NCBI RefSeq assembly: GCF_001194135.2
Contig: NC_068982.1
Span: 22,779,719 to 22,843,718 of the forward strand
DNA: 64,000 nt
Reading direction: 5' to 3'
Origin: Octopus bimaculoides
Taxonomy: Eukaryota
Shown: positions 29,420 through 42,990 of the stretch, piece by piece
Layout of the letters: the number at the start of each line of letters is the position of its first letter
How positions within the stretch are numbered: the first letter of the stretch is position 1
The notes under the pieces: model-generated
The model's input: only the letters and a program-made list of their open reading frames with translations
Databases searched by the model: none
What the model was told of the DNA's origin: nothing
Position numbers and translations under genes: made by a program

Positions 29420-30065
29420 GGCGTAGGATTGGCTGTGTAGAAAGAAGCTTGTATCCCAAGCCCATGGCTCCGGGTTCAGGTCTACTGCGTGGCACCTTGG
29501 GCAAGTGTCTTCTACTATAACCGCAGGACGTCCAAAACCGGAAGAAGCCCGTCGTATGTATGTAAATACAAATGTATATATATATACATATATACACATA
29601 TATACTCTTTTTACTCTTTTACTTGTTTCAGTCATTTGACTGCGGCCATGCTGGAGCACCACCTTTATATGTATATGTATATATATATATGCGTATGTAT
29701 ATATATATATGCGTATATATATAAACACCAACATCGGTTGTCAAGCGATGGTGGGGAGACAAGCACAGACACACAAATACACATATAGATATGTGTATAT
29801 AAATATGTGTATATAAATATGTGTATATATAAAAATAGATACACAGACACACATCTATGTATGTATTTGTGTGTCTATGCTTGTCCCCCCACCATCGCTT
29901 GACAACCGATGTTGGTGTGTTTACGTACCCGTAACTTAGAGGTTCGGCAAGAGAGACCGATAGAATACGTAATAGGCTTACAAAGAATAAGTCCTGGGGT
30001 CGATTTGATTCGACTAAAGGCGGTGCTCCAGCATGGCCACAGTCAAATAACTGAAACACGTCAAA
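29420..30065 (+). mobile_element. SINE family A with inverted A fragments inside its central microsatellite
   Basis: Head at 29420-29555, 3' half at 29860-30065; minus-strand A tail (29603-29666) and A middle (29723-29790) lie between them. Confidence 0.85.
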
Positions 30066-30094
30066 GAAGAAGAAGAAGAAGAAGAAGAATAGTA

Positions 30095-30255
30095 GTTTTA
30101 TGTTTTGAGCGTAACCCTTCTTCGGAAACAGGTAAAACAGGGAAGTCCAAGAAAAGAAATCGCCAACCAACACGTCTGGTTACATATCTGAAGTAACCGG
30201 AAGTAGAAGGTATGAAAGGAAAGTGCTTTCTGGGATAGGAGAGCGTAAAAAGGGT
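30095..30255 (-). mobile_element. Penelope-like terminal fragment with decayed hammerhead (30095-30129)
   Basis: Minus strand GTTT-CCGAAGA-A-GGGT/TAC/GCTC-AAAA-CATA-AAAC: hammerhead layout with several core substitutions. Confidence 0.4.
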
Positions 30256-30339
30256 CAGTCTGTGTATGTGTGCGCGCGCGTGTGTGTGGCAGCGTGTGTA
30301 TGTATGATAGCGTGTGTGTGTGTGTGTGTGTGTGTGTAA

Positions 30340-30535
30340 CTTTGTCTGTGTTTGTCTCCTGCAATCGCTTGACAATCGGTGTTGGTCTCCGTAATCTAGC
30401 GGTTCAGCAAAAGACCGATAGAATTAGTACCAGATAATAAGTACCGCTGTCGATACATTTGAAGAAAAATTCTTCGAGTCGGTGCCCCAGCATGACCGCA
30501 GTCTAATAACTGCAACAAAGAAAAAGTAAAAGATG
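30340..30535 (+). mobile_element. SINE family A, 3' half (older subfamily)
   Basis: ATCGCTTGACAATCGGTGTTGG...CGGTGCCCCAGCATGACCGCAGTC. Confidence 0.8.
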
Positions 30536-30795
30536 TATACATATATATCTATCTATCCACAGATATACATGCAGAGACTTATCCAGACAAACATGTATTC
30601 GCATACGTAGATACATACACACACACACCTGTACATATACACAGACTCATATATATATGTGTATGTGTGTGTGTATGTGTGCGTGTGCGTGAGTGCATGT
30701 ACTCGCACACATAAATACATGGATACACAGACACACACACACACATATGAATACACACATATATACATATATGTATATTTCACCAGATATCCAAG

Positions 30796-31012
30796 GGCGG
30801 TGAGCTGGCAGAATCGTAAACGCACCGGTCGAAATCGTTAATGGTATTTCTTCTAACGTTATGTTCAAATTCTTCTGAGATCGGCTTTCACTTTTATCCT
30901 CTCGGGGTCGATTAAATAAGTACCAGTTACGCACTAGGGTCGATGTACTCCGCTTAATCTTTTTGTTTGTCCCCTCCATGTTTAGCCTCCTGTGGGCAGT
31001 GAAGAAATAGAT
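30796..31012 (+). mobile_element. SINE family D
   Basis: GGCGGTGAGCTGGCAGAATCG...GGGGTCGATTAAATAAGTACCAG...GTGGGCAGTGAAGAAATA. Confidence 0.85.
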
Positions 31013-32429
31013 TTATATATTTTATTGTGTTTGGAGAAAGCCATTCTCTTTTAGGGGCTTATAATTTGACACGCGCACAGCTTCGATTTCTACTTGTTCA
31101 TTATTTCAAAAATTTTCGTTGCGTCTTGCATTCTCTTCAACAGTCGTTGACTCTGTCCATAAATATATATATGTACCTACCTACCTACCTACCTACCTAC
31201 CTACCTACATACATACATACATACATGCATACATGCATACATATATATATATAGAGGTTATGAGCGGTAATGGTGTCAATTAGACCCAGAGGTTCCAGGT
31301 AATGCTGAGTAAGTGCTATGGATAGGCCATAGTTAAGCTCCAGGTTCGGTGATTATGCGAATAAGGGTCGAACTAGGTCATATATCAGCGTGTGAATATA
31401 AGGATTTACTTTTCGTAATGAAATAAAAAAACCAAAGCTGTGTATATTTTAGAACATTTATAAATGTATATATATATATATACAAACACACACACTCATA
31501 TAGATAGATATAAATTAAAACAGTTTGATTTAGAATCCTCACTCGTATATATATATANNNNNNNNNNNNNNNNNNNNNNNNNNNNNNNNNNNNNNNNNNN
31601 NNNNNNNNNNNNNNNNNNNNNNNNNNNNNNNNNNNNNNNNNNNNNNNNNNNNNNNNNNNNNNNNNNNNNNNNNNNNNNNNNNNNNNNNNNNNNNNNNNNN
31701 NNNNNNNNNNNNNNNNNNNNNNNNNNNNNNNNNNNNNNNNNNNNNNNNNNNNNNNNNNNNNNNNNNNNNNNNNNNNNNNNNNNNNNNNNNNNNNNNNNNN
31801 NNNNNNNNNNNNNNNNNNNNNNNNNNNNNNNNNNNNNNNNNNNNNNNNNNNNNNNNNNNNNNNNNNNNNNNNNNNNNNNNNNNNNNNNNNNNNNNNNNNN
31901 NNNNNNNNNNNNNNNNNNNNNNNNNNNNNNNNNNNNNNNNNNNNNNNNNNNNNNNNNNNNNNNNNNNNNNNNNNNNNNNNNNNNNNNNNNNNNNNNNNNN
32001 NNNNNNNNNNNNNNNNNNNNNNNNNNNNNNNNNNNNNNNNNNNNNNNNNNNNNNNNNNNNNNNNNNNNNNNNNNNNNNNNNNNNNNNNNNNNNNNNNNNN
32101 NNNNNNNNNNNNNNNNNNNNNNNNNNNNNNNNNNNNNNNNNNNNNNNNNNNNNNNNNNNNNNNNNNNNNNNNNNNNNNNNNNNNNNNNNNNNNNNNNNNN
32201 NNNNNNNNNNNNNNNNNNNNNNNNNNNNNNNNNNNNNNNNNNNNNNNNNNNNNNNNNNNNNNNNNNNATATATATATATACTAGTGTGTGTATGCGTAGA
32301 TACACGCAAACACTGGAGCCTCGCTTGAGTGACTCTACAGAAGTCATTCACTTGACCCGTTTCTTGATGCGTACTACGATGTCTGTGTACACAGTCGCTC
32401 ATAACTCTCTTCCTCCTCCCATTCCTCCT

Positions 32430-32818
32430 GTTGTGTGGATACGAAGCTCATTTTGCAGTCATGCGTTTCCGGATTCAGTCCCTCTATGTGGCACCTTAGA
32501 CACGCGTCTTGTACGATAGACCCGGGCCGACAAATACCATGTGAGTGAATTTATATTGTCGGAATTTTCTATGAAATCCCGTTTTATATTTTGTGTATAT
32601 GTGTGTGTGTGTGTTTATGTTTGTTCCCACACCGCTTGGCAACCAGATTTGGTTTGTATACGCCCCCGTAACACAGCGGTGTGGCAAAAGAACCGTTAGA
32701 TTATGTACCATACTTAGAAATATGTAATGGGATTGATTCGTTCGACTAAACCCTTCAAGGCTGGCCCCCAGTATGACTGTATTCCAATAACTGAAGCAAG
32801 TAAAAAATAAAAGATAAA
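32430..32818 (+). mobile_element. SINE family A (old, diverged)
   Basis: GGATTCAGTCCC, GTGGCACCTT, CCGCTTGGCAACC, TTCGACTAAACCCTTCAAGGC...ACTGAAGCAAGTAAA. Confidence 0.75.
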
Positions 32819-33043
32819 TCACACACATACGTGTGTTTCAGTATTTGCTTAGATTGGAATGGATTGTCCATGTTTCGTCCACTGCAGGGCGAAAGCCTGA
32901 ACATGTTGTCTCTACCCAGCCACGGTCTGATGTTGAGGCCTTGAATTTGAGTGTGAGATCATACTTGTTTGATGAGCCTACTCAGTCATAATGCTTCTAA
33001 ATGGCTTGGCAGAGGGATGCAGTTTTTATACTCATACCCAGAT

Positions 33044-33210
33044 GTAGTTAAGTCGATTTCACCGAGCCTAGTTTTCAACTGGTTCTTATGTTATCAACCC
33101 CGAGAGGATGAAAAGCAAAGTCAGCCTCGGCGGAATTTGAACCTAGAACGCAAGGAAGGACAAAATACCACTAATTATTTCGTCTGGCGTGATAACAATT
33201 CTGCCAGCTC
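33044..33210 (-). mobile_element. SINE family D (diverged)
   Basis: AGTCGATTTCACCGA...GGATGAAAAGCAAAGTC...CGGCGGAATTTGAAC...TTCTGCCAGCTC. Confidence 0.8.
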
Positions 33211-33504
33211 TTAGTGATAATGATTACTGATATTACGCAATTTCTGAGTCATCTCCCAAGTATAAACATTCACTGAAAAAGCGCGAAGGAACTCGGATCC
33301 ACAAGAGACCGCTGACTTTTAAAGGTTAAGGTATATTACACTTTTATGTTGGTCATTCAATTAGAAAGGAGGAGTGACAGCAATCATTAGTAGACGAGAA
33401 AACGACAGGGAAAAGTAAGGAAAATAAACCAAGAATTACGAAGACTGATAGTATTAATGAATAAAAGAATAAGGATCAAAGGTGCTTTCTGAGCAATAGT
33501 CTCA

Positions 33505-33720
33505 TAAGGTCAGTTTTTTTCGATTCTGTGGCAGATACATTCCACCCCTGGATGGGACATCGGGCCGCTTTAAGATTACTCACTTTTGTCAGCCGAGCGG
33601 ACTGGATCTATGCGAACTGAAATATTTAACTCGAGAACACAACGCATTGCCTAGTCGAGAAATCGAAACCGCAATCTTACGATCACAAGTGCAACAACCT
33701 AACCATAAAACCACGCACCT
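33505..33720 (-). mobile_element. tRNA-derived SINE family E (C-like head, different tail)
   Basis: Minus-strand head GGTGCGTGGTTTTATGGTTAGG...GGTTTCGATT, C-like CCAGTCCGCTCGGCTGACAAAAGTGAGTA, then an unrelated tail GTCCCATCCAGGGGTGGAA. Confidence 0.65.
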
Positions 33721-33910
33721 TCACATGTTGATAATTTGATAAACTGAAATGCCGTGAATGTATTCGTAGAGCACAGGTGAGAGAGAGAGATGACGATCCA
33801 TGACATTTCGACGTAATTGTGGCAGACATTACCTAATGAAGATGATGACGAAGACAACGATGACGACGACGATGATGATGGTGGTGGTAGTAGTGCTAGT
33901 ATATAATGAC

Positions 33911-33944
<34 letters not shown>

Positions 33945-35213
33945 CTGATGCTGATGATGATATTGCCGTTCTTATTGTAATCTCAAGTGGACTCTGGTCA
34001 AGCAAGTCATAAGTCGCGAGTTACTCTGGTTGTTGAAAAAACAATGATGCATGGACGCCTGGAAAAATATGTCTCCGCGTGTCACGTGTCGATACACAAG
34101 ACAGGCAAAAGACTGTTGGATGGTACCTTTTCACAAAGAGCAGAACAATAAAAAAGAGAGAAAAAAAAAGAAAAAAACGATTTCCAGCATTGGCCATTGG
34201 CTACTAGGCCACATACTTTGTAGGTGACCAATGATCGATTACGTTGACTACAGTACTTGACGTGTCCTTTATTTTATCGCCCTCAAGAGAAACGGGGAAA
34301 ATAAAGTTCAGTGTAAAACCAATGACGAAGTGCAGCAAATTATGTAGAGAAAAAGTAAAAGATCTCAGAATGCAGAGGAAAAATTGTCGCACTTATTCGT
34401 CTTACTCTTTCCTTCTTGACGCAGTTACACACACACACATGTACAGATATACGTACACATTCACAAGTACGTACACCATCATACACAAACAGATACGCAC
34501 ATAGATAAACACACACATACACACACATACACACGCACACGCATATATAAGGTATATGCAATAATGTACATATAGTGAGAGAGTATTTATGATACGTAAA
34601 CACACACACACACATACACACACGCGAGCGCGCACGCAAACACATATAAACAGAACGAGAGAAAGAAAGGGAGGGAGGGAAAGATAGATAGATAGGTAGA
34701 TAGACAGAGAGAGGGAGAGAGAGAGAGAGAGGGAGAGAAAGAGAGAGAAGTATTGAGATATATACCGGTCTATCGCCGCCCATCCCCGCCGACTAACCTT
34801 TCTACCTACAAAGATTGACTTTATCAATAAATATAGGAAAAATAAGGCAAGCAGAAATACTAACCCAAACACACACGCGCACACACACACACACAAACAC
34901 GCACACACACACACACAAACACGCGCACACTCACACACCCTTACAAACATCAATATATACTGGATATGATGTATTTCAATAGCTTTTACGCGCCTAAACA
35001 TCAAAGGCTATATAACCAAAGCGTGTAGAGTCTAGTGTATATACGTATTTATGAATGTATAGCATTAAATCCATAGCTTTGTTTTCCTCCGGTATCCAGG
35101 TGGTAGTTAATCCGGGTGTATGATGACGAAGATCCTCTGTGTTCCGGGTATCTATATATCTGAGAAACCATGCTACGTGGATTTAATGTCGTTGTAACAA
35201 AATGTAAATAGAA

Positions 35214-35257
<44 letters not shown>

Positions 35258-35382
35258 GCACAAACATTCAAACAGTAACGCGCATATATATACACACACA
35301 CACGTATACCTGAGTATACTGGAATATTCATGCATGTACGAACCAGCACGGTGGTAAAATATAACGCAAAGAAAGCGGGCAA

Positions 35383-35426
<44 letters not shown>

Positions 35427-35714
35427 TAAAAATAATAATAAAATAGGATAGGATGACATAAAATGAAAACAGAGAGGGACGGAGAGAGATAGAGATAAAT
35501 AGAGAGAGAGAAAGACAAGGAGAGAAAGAGAGGTTTGGTTTCGAGTTACATAAAATGACATATATAAAGATAAACGCCGCTCTATATATATGTAAAACAT
35601 ACAGATTTACATTTTATGTGTATATACACATACATACATGCATAAACACACACACATACATACATAACTCTCTATCTATCTACCTATCTATCAATCTACC
35701 TGTCTGTCTTTCTC

Positions 35715-35769
<55 letters not shown>

Positions 35770-36623
35770 GTATGTATGCAGAGAGCTTAGTAGTTACCTA
35801 CGTAAACAGGTAAAGTACAGTTATGTACGTATAGACCTATATCTCTACATACCTATCCAGTAACCGTTCTGTTTGCGATACATACATATACATGCATACA
35901 TATACACAGACACACACGCATATATATTCACATATATATATATATATATATGCATACACACACACACACGCACATATATATATATACATGCGTAGCCATA
36001 TGTGTGTGTGTGTAGATGTGTATGATGTAGGTAAATGTATGCGTAGATAACATAGCTAAATCTGTAGACAGGATGATAGATAGACCGATAGACCGATAGA
36101 CTAGTGGTCAGATAGGTAGATTGATTAAAGCTAAAACAAAAAAACAGAAATTGAAAGACAGAAAAAGTAAAAAAAACAATAACAAAAAAAAACAAGCAAA
36201 AAATAGAAAGCAACAAACACTTCAGAGGAGAAAAATCTAAACTAGATACCACAATACTGCTATACTGACACTAAACAGCGAGGTAGGAGTTCTTTATTAA
36301 AATTTGTCTGTAGTCATTCTCATATGAAGAGCAGTGCACACGCACTTACGTAAGCATGTCAATGCGCACGCGCACATAAAAATAAACTCAAGCAGCACGT
36401 TAATGTTTTAATGCATGCATTAACACGCAAAAGCACGCCCGTTACTCGTGCACACGGGTTGACACGTAATACACCGGGGTATGGACTCAGACCTACACGC
36501 AAATACATGCACCAGCATATATACGGTGCGTATAGCTATATAAATGGGTACATGTACATGCATGTATATATATATATATAAATATATACACTTTATTAAA
36601 AAGCAGCAAAAATATCACGGAAA

Positions 36624-36661
36624 CTGTTACTCAGAGTTTCACGTTCCCGTTTGTCGGACAG
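36624..36661 (-). ncRNA. Minimal type I hammerhead-like motif (decayed core)
   Basis: Minus strand CTGT-CCGACAA-ACG/GGAA/CGT-GAAA-CTCTGAGT-A-ACAG. Stems I, II and a palindromic stem III all pair; U4>C and G8>A. Confidence 0.55.
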
Positions 36662-36668
36662 CTTTGTT

Positions 36669-36723
<55 letters not shown>

Positions 36724-37621
36724 NNNNNNNNNNNNNNNNNNNNNNNNNNNNNNNNNNNNNNNNNNNNNNNNNNNNNNNNNNNNNNNNNNNNNNNNNNNNN
36801 NNNNNNNNNNNNNNNNNNNNNNNNNNNNNNNNNNNNNNNNNNNNNNNNNNNNNNNNNNNNNNNNNNNNNNNNNNNNNNNNNNNNNNNNNNNNNNNNNNNN
36901 NNNNNNNNNNNNNNNNNNNNNNNNNNNNNNNNNNNNNNNNNNNNNNNNNNNNNNNNNNNNNNNNNNNNNNNNNNNNNNNNNNNNNNNNNNNNNNNNNNNN
37001 NNNNNNNNNNNNNNNNNNNNNNNNNNNNNNNNNNNNNNNNNNNNNNNNNNNNNNNNNNNNNNNNNNNNNNNNNNNNNNNNNNNNNNNNNNNNNNNNNNNN
37101 NNNNNNNNNNNNNNNNNNNNNNNNNNNNNNNNNNNNNNNNNNNNNNNNNNNNNNNNNNNNNNNNNNNNNNNNNNNNNNNNNNNNNNNNNNNNNNNNNNNN
37201 NNNNNNNNNNNNNNNNNNNNNNNNNNNNNNNNNNNNNNNNNNNNNNNNNNNNNNNNNNNNNNNNNNNNNNNNNNNNNNNNNNNNNNNNNNNNNNNNNNNN
37301 NNNNNNNNNNNNNNNNNNNNNNNNNNNNNNNNNNNNNNNNNNNNNNNNNNNNNNNNNNNNNNNNNNNNNNNNNNNNNNNNNNNNNNNNNNNNNNNNNNNN
37401 NNNNNNNNNNNNNNNNNNNNNNNNNNNNNNNNNNNNNNNNNNNNNNNNNNNNNNNNNNNNNNNNNNNNNNNNNNNNNNNNNNNNNNNNNNNNNNNNNNNN
37501 NNNNNNNNNNNNNNNNNNNNNNNNNNNNNNNNNNNNNNNNATAGAGAGATAGAGAATGTCCCCTCTTCTGATTTTAGTCATTGTTATATTTACCTGCTCC
37601 GTTTGTATATAATTCCAAGGG

Positions 37622-37683
<62 letters not shown>

Positions 37684-37685
<2 letters not shown>

Positions 37686-38060
37686 ACGTCGGTTACAACG
37701 AAGAGGCCTCCAGTTGATTTGATCAACGGAACAGCCTGCTCGCGAAATTAGCATGCAAGTGGTTGTGCACTCCACAGACACGTGTACCCTTAACGTAGAT
37801 CTCGGGGAGATTCAGCGTGACACATCGTGTGACAAGGCTGGCCCCTTTGAACTACAGGCACAACAGAAACAGGAAGAAAGAGTGAGAAAAAGTTGTATTG
37901 AAAGTGTACAGCTGGGTTCGCCACCACCTTCTGCCGGAGCCTAGTGGAACGTTAGGTGTTTTCACTCAATAAACACTCACAACGCTCGTTCTGGGAATCG
38001 AAACCACGATCCTACGACCGCGAGTCTGCTGCCCTAACCACTGGGACGTTGCGGCTCCAC
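37684..38060 (-). mobile_element. SINE family B
   Basis: Aligns over its length with 17701-18087 and 58999-59386. Confidence 0.9.
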
Positions 38061-39449
38061 CTATGTATCTCCCTATATGTCTGTATATCTATCTGTCTAT
38101 CTCCTTTTTAAAATGTCTATCTACCCGTCTGTCTCTCTATATATCCATCTATCTCTCAGTATTTATTTCTTCTTTATTTTCTTTCATTCTACTCTCCTTT
38201 CTTGTTTCACAAAGATCTTTTTAATGGTAACACACATTACTATGCAGTTTGGCAAATAATAAAGAAATAACATAAATAAATAATTTATCTAAATATAAAA
38301 CAAGAAATAAGAATAAGACAAAACCCAAGAACAACATCGAACAAAAATTCAACAACAAAAAATGAAATAGACGAAGATGAATAAATCGTAAACGAACAAA
38401 ACAAAACAAAAAACAGAAACCAACTTCGACATATTTATGTTAACAGCAACAAATATCTTTTTTTTTCCTTTCTCCCACCTTTCAATTCATGCCCCAACCC
38501 CAAAATACATCTCAGGTATTATGATCTGCTTAGTGGTACGGACGTTTTGAAAACTCAGTTAGGAATCGGATTCAGGCAATGGATTCAAACTGTTTCCTTC
38601 GCAGACAGGAACTTTCTTTCGTTCTATAGAGATTTCCTGTACTTTGTGATGCATGCGGATGCTTGCCTATAATAACACACACCTGCGTCAGCAATTACTG
38701 GCTAAAANNNNNNNNNNNNNNNNNNNNNNNNNNNNNNNNNNNNNNNNNNNNNNNNNNNNNNNNNNNNNNNNNNNNNNNNNNNNNNNNNNNNNNNNNNNNN
38801 NNNNNNNNNNNNNNNNNNNNNNNNNNNNNNNNNNNNNNNNNNNNNNNNNNNNNNNNNNNNNNNNNNNNNNNNNNNNNNNNNNNNNNNNNNNNNNNNNNNN
38901 NNNNNNNNNNNNNNNNNNNNNNNNNNNNNNNNNNNNNNNNNNNNNNNNNNNNNNNNNNNNNNNNNNNNNNNNNNNNNNNNNNNNNNNNNNNNNNNNNNNN
39001 NNNNNNNNNNNNNNNNNNNNNNNNNNNNNNNNNNNNNNNNNNNNNNNNNNNNNNNNNNNNNNNNNNNNNNNNNNNNNNNNNNNNNNNNNNNNNNNNNNNN
39101 NNNNNNNNNNNNNNNNNNNNNNNNNNNNNNNNNNNNNNNNNNNNNNNNNNNNNNNNNNNNNNNNNNNNNNNNNNNNNNNNNNNNNNNNNNNNNNNNNNNN
39201 NNNNNNNNNNNNNNNNNNNNNNNNNNNNNNNNNNNNNNNNNNNNNNNNNNNNNNNNNNNNNNNNNNNNNNNNNNNNNNNNNNNNNNNNNNNNNNNNNNNN
39301 NNNNNNNNNNNNNNNNNNNNNNNNNNNNNNNNNNNNNNNNNNNNNNNNNNNNNNNNNNNNNNNNNNNNNNNNNNNNNNNNNNNNNNNNNNNNNNNNNNNN
39401 NNNNNNNNNNNNNNNNNNNNNNNNNNNNNNNNNNNNNNNNNNNNNNNNN

Positions 39450-39484
<35 letters not shown>

Positions 39485-39893
39485 TTATTTATTTATATAA
39501 GGGCATTACATATATATATATATATATATATCGACAGATATAATGCCAGACACAAAGAGGTAAAAAAAAAGAAATATACAAATCGATAAATATGTAGATA
39601 TGTATTTATAGACGGGCAAAATATTTGATGTAGAGATGTATAGATGGATAACTAAAAATTCAAAGAATGTAACAGAGATTCATATAGACATTTTGATATG
39701 CAGATCGGTAGACTGACAGCTCTTAAATAGTTTTATATATAAGTAGAGTGACTGATAGCTATGTCATGTCATATTTATACATACGCACAAACGCAAACAT
39801 ACAGACACACATATATGTATGTATTTGCGTATTAATATATAAATATATGTAATATAGATACATATATACGCACGTATATACATACAAACATAC

Positions 39894-39941
<48 letters not shown>

Positions 39942-40283
39942 ATAATACGTATAATGTGTTCGTTGTTTTCTCCGTTTGTTACCTTCTCTTTGTCAGCCTG
40001 GAAGAAGAGAGCAGTGTCTGTAGTGATAGGAGCGGTAGAAAACAAAGAATATGCTATAGAAAGAGCTAAGCCGTACAGATAGTCAGAGAGATTGAAGATT
40101 GAAAACTGTGTAGGTTAGAAAGCGCGAGAATGATAGAGAGCGCGACAAAGATGGATGCGGATACGAATTTGCTATAATGAGATGAAGTTAAACGGAATAA
40201 AAAAATGCTGCAAAACCTGAATAGAAAACTTTACTGAAATGTTTGAGAAATAAATAAAATCCTTAACTTTGACGTGAGCTTTA

Positions 40284-40339
<56 letters not shown>

Positions 40340-41312
40340 NNNNNNNNNNNNNNNNNNNNNNNNNNNNNNNNNNNNNNNNNNNNNNNNNNNNNNNNNNNNN
40401 NNNNNNNNNNNNNNNNNNNNNNNNNNNNNNNNNNNNNNNNNNNNNNNNNNNNNNNNNNNNNNNNNNNNNNNNNNNNNNNNNNNNNNNNNNNNNNNNNNNN
40501 NNNNNNNNNNNNNNNNNNNNNNNNNNNNNNNNNNNNNNNNNNNNNNNNNNNNNNNNNNNNNNNNNNNNNNNNNNNNNNNNNNNNNNNNNNNNNNNNNNNN
40601 NNNNNNNNNNNNNNNNNNNNNNNNNNNNNNNNNNNNNNNNNNNNNNNNNNNNNNNNNNNNNNNNNNNNNNNNNNNNNNNNNNNNNNNNNNNNNNNNNNNN
40701 NNNNNNNNNNNNNNNNNNNNNNNNNNNNNNNNNNNNNNNNNNNNNNNNNNNNNNNNNNNNNNNNNNNNNNNNNNNNNNNNNNNNNNNNNNNNNNNNNNNN
40801 NNNNNNNNNNNNNNNNNNNNNNNNNNNNNNNNNNNNNNNNNNNNNNNNNNNNNNNNNNNNNNNNNNNNNNNNNNNNNNNNNNNNNNNNNNNNNNNNNNNN
40901 NNNNNNNNNNNNNNNNNNNNNNNNNNNNNNNNNNNNNNNNNNNNNNNNNNNNNNNNNNNNNNNNNNNNNNNNNNNNNNNNNNNNNNNNNNNNNNNNNNNN
41001 NNNNNNNNNNNNNNNNNNNNNNNNNNNNNNNNNNNNNNNNNNNNNNNNNNNNNNNNNNNNNNNNNNNNNNNNNNNNNNNNNNNNNNNNNNNNNNNNNNNN
41101 NNNNNNNNNNNNNNNNNNNNNNNNNNNNNNNNNNNNNNNNNNNNNNNNNNNNNNNNNNNNNNNNNNNNNNNNNNNNNNNNNNNNNNNNNNNNNNNNNNNN
41201 NNNNNNNNNNNNNNNNNNNNNNNNNNNNNNNNNNNNNNNNNNNNNNNNNNNNNNNNNNNNNNNNNNNNNNNNNNNNNNNNNNNNNNNNNNNNNNNNNNNN
41301 NNNNNNNNNNNN

Positions 41313-41376
<64 letters not shown>

Positions 41377-42469
41377 TGTGTGTTTATATATCTTGAATCT
41401 TGAGGTTCGAAGATGCTGTGCAAGAAAAATTTGCTCTGATGACGTAAATAAAGTGCTATGATAAAATGCAGCATGCACTCTCCTTATGTTGGATGATGAT
41501 AGGATGATCATACTGCCATAGAAGCACATCACCTTATCACAAAACTCACCCACTTTGAAGAAAAGAATCTCAATAAGCCGACATGTCATATATTATTTTC
41601 TTTTCTACTCGAGGCACAAGACCCGAAATTTTGGTGGAGGGGGCCAGTCGATTAAATCGACCCCAGTACGCAACCGGTACTTAATATTTTAGTTACTTAA
41701 TAGCATCAGTTTCTGGTGTCATGATGCTCCATGTCACTGGCGTGTGTTGTAGCCTCTATAAAAGTGTATGATTAGCGTATGCAGTCAGTTAAGAGCTTTA
41801 CCATAATAGTATAATAACACGGGAATTTCACTTCTGTTTAAGAAGTTTCGTGACCCTGTAATCAAGTTCGCGATTTCTTGGTATAATTCATTCTTGTCGC
41901 TCTCAGATTATCGGATAGTACAGAGATAACAGATTAGAAATTTCATATAATATGAATGGTGACATCATGGGCAGGTTTAGAAAAGATTTAATTGAAATAT
42001 TTACGTTTTGATTTGAATATAATTCTTATCACTAATTTACCTATAACAAACTTCTTAAGTTTAACAGCATAGTTGAAAGCTGGCCCCCACCACATTTACA
42101 AAAAGCCAAACGACCAAATGTGAACGCCATTCATATACAGAAAAATGTCAACCATCCTTCATACATAAGACTGCTGCAGGCGAAATAAACTGGAGTCGTA
42201 ATGTATTCTAGGTGAAATCTAGAAAGACTAAGAATATGAAACTAACGTGTATGTAAAATCCACCACTATGCCAAGAATAAAACAGGGAAGTGGAACTAAA
42301 TGGTATCTTTTCAACTTTATAGTAATGAAGTTAGAATTCTTTCAGTTCTTTCTTGTACACACGCATTTAGGCTGGCAGACAAACATTTTGACACTAAAAC
42401 TTTAAAGTCAGCCAATCCTGCCTGGATAACATACAATCACATATTCACGACTTCAATAGGTAACCATCA

Positions 42470-42486
42470 CCCCCCACTACTACTAT

Positions 42487-42519
<33 letters not shown>

Positions 42520-42584
42520 CGCTGCTGCTGCTGCTTCTGCTGCTACTACTACTACTACTACCATTACTACTACTACTACTACTG

Positions 42585-42632
<48 letters not shown>
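42470..42632. repeat. (CTA/CTG)n trinucleotide array
   Basis: Read directly. Confidence 0.95.
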
Positions 42633-42852
42633 TCCCGACTGTGACTAGCTCTATTCCTGCTACAAATGCATCGTACCATTTCCACCATCTTTCTTAAAAC
42701 CAGTTTTATTGTTATCCCGACCACAGAAGCAACACTAATTAGATAAAAACTTTTATGATCATCACTGTCACCAGCATATCCTTGAAGGCCCTTACAAATA
42801 CTTGTTATTCTCGTCTTGAGAAGCAAAAAGCCATCGAATAAAGTATGAGACC

Positions 42853-42916
42853 GGGCGTAGTGGTTAAGAGCGCGGGCTACTAACCCCAAGATTCGGAGTT
42901 CGATTCCAAGCAGTGA

Positions 42917-42990
<74 letters not shown>

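Noticed and set aside
31108-31148. Sixth hammerhead-like motif on the minus strand (CTGTTGAAGAG...GCAAC-GAAA-ATTT)
   Set aside because: Stem II is only partly paired and stem I is not convincing in either register; cannot be supported from this copy alone.
32860-32900. GGACGAAAC on the minus strand, resembling the Sm-alpha hammerhead 3' half
   Set aside because: No CUGANGA core or stem II partner upstream.
39985-40090. Strong polypyrimidine tract plus CAG suggesting an exon start
   Set aside because: All frames stop within ~30 codons, the donor is weak and the peptides are unrecognisable.
42853-42920. Genuine tRNA gene (anticodon-like ACT)
   Set aside because: No proper acceptor stem, weak anticodon stem, and it runs straight into (AAT)n; better explained as a SINE head. 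The same applies to the heads of families A-E.
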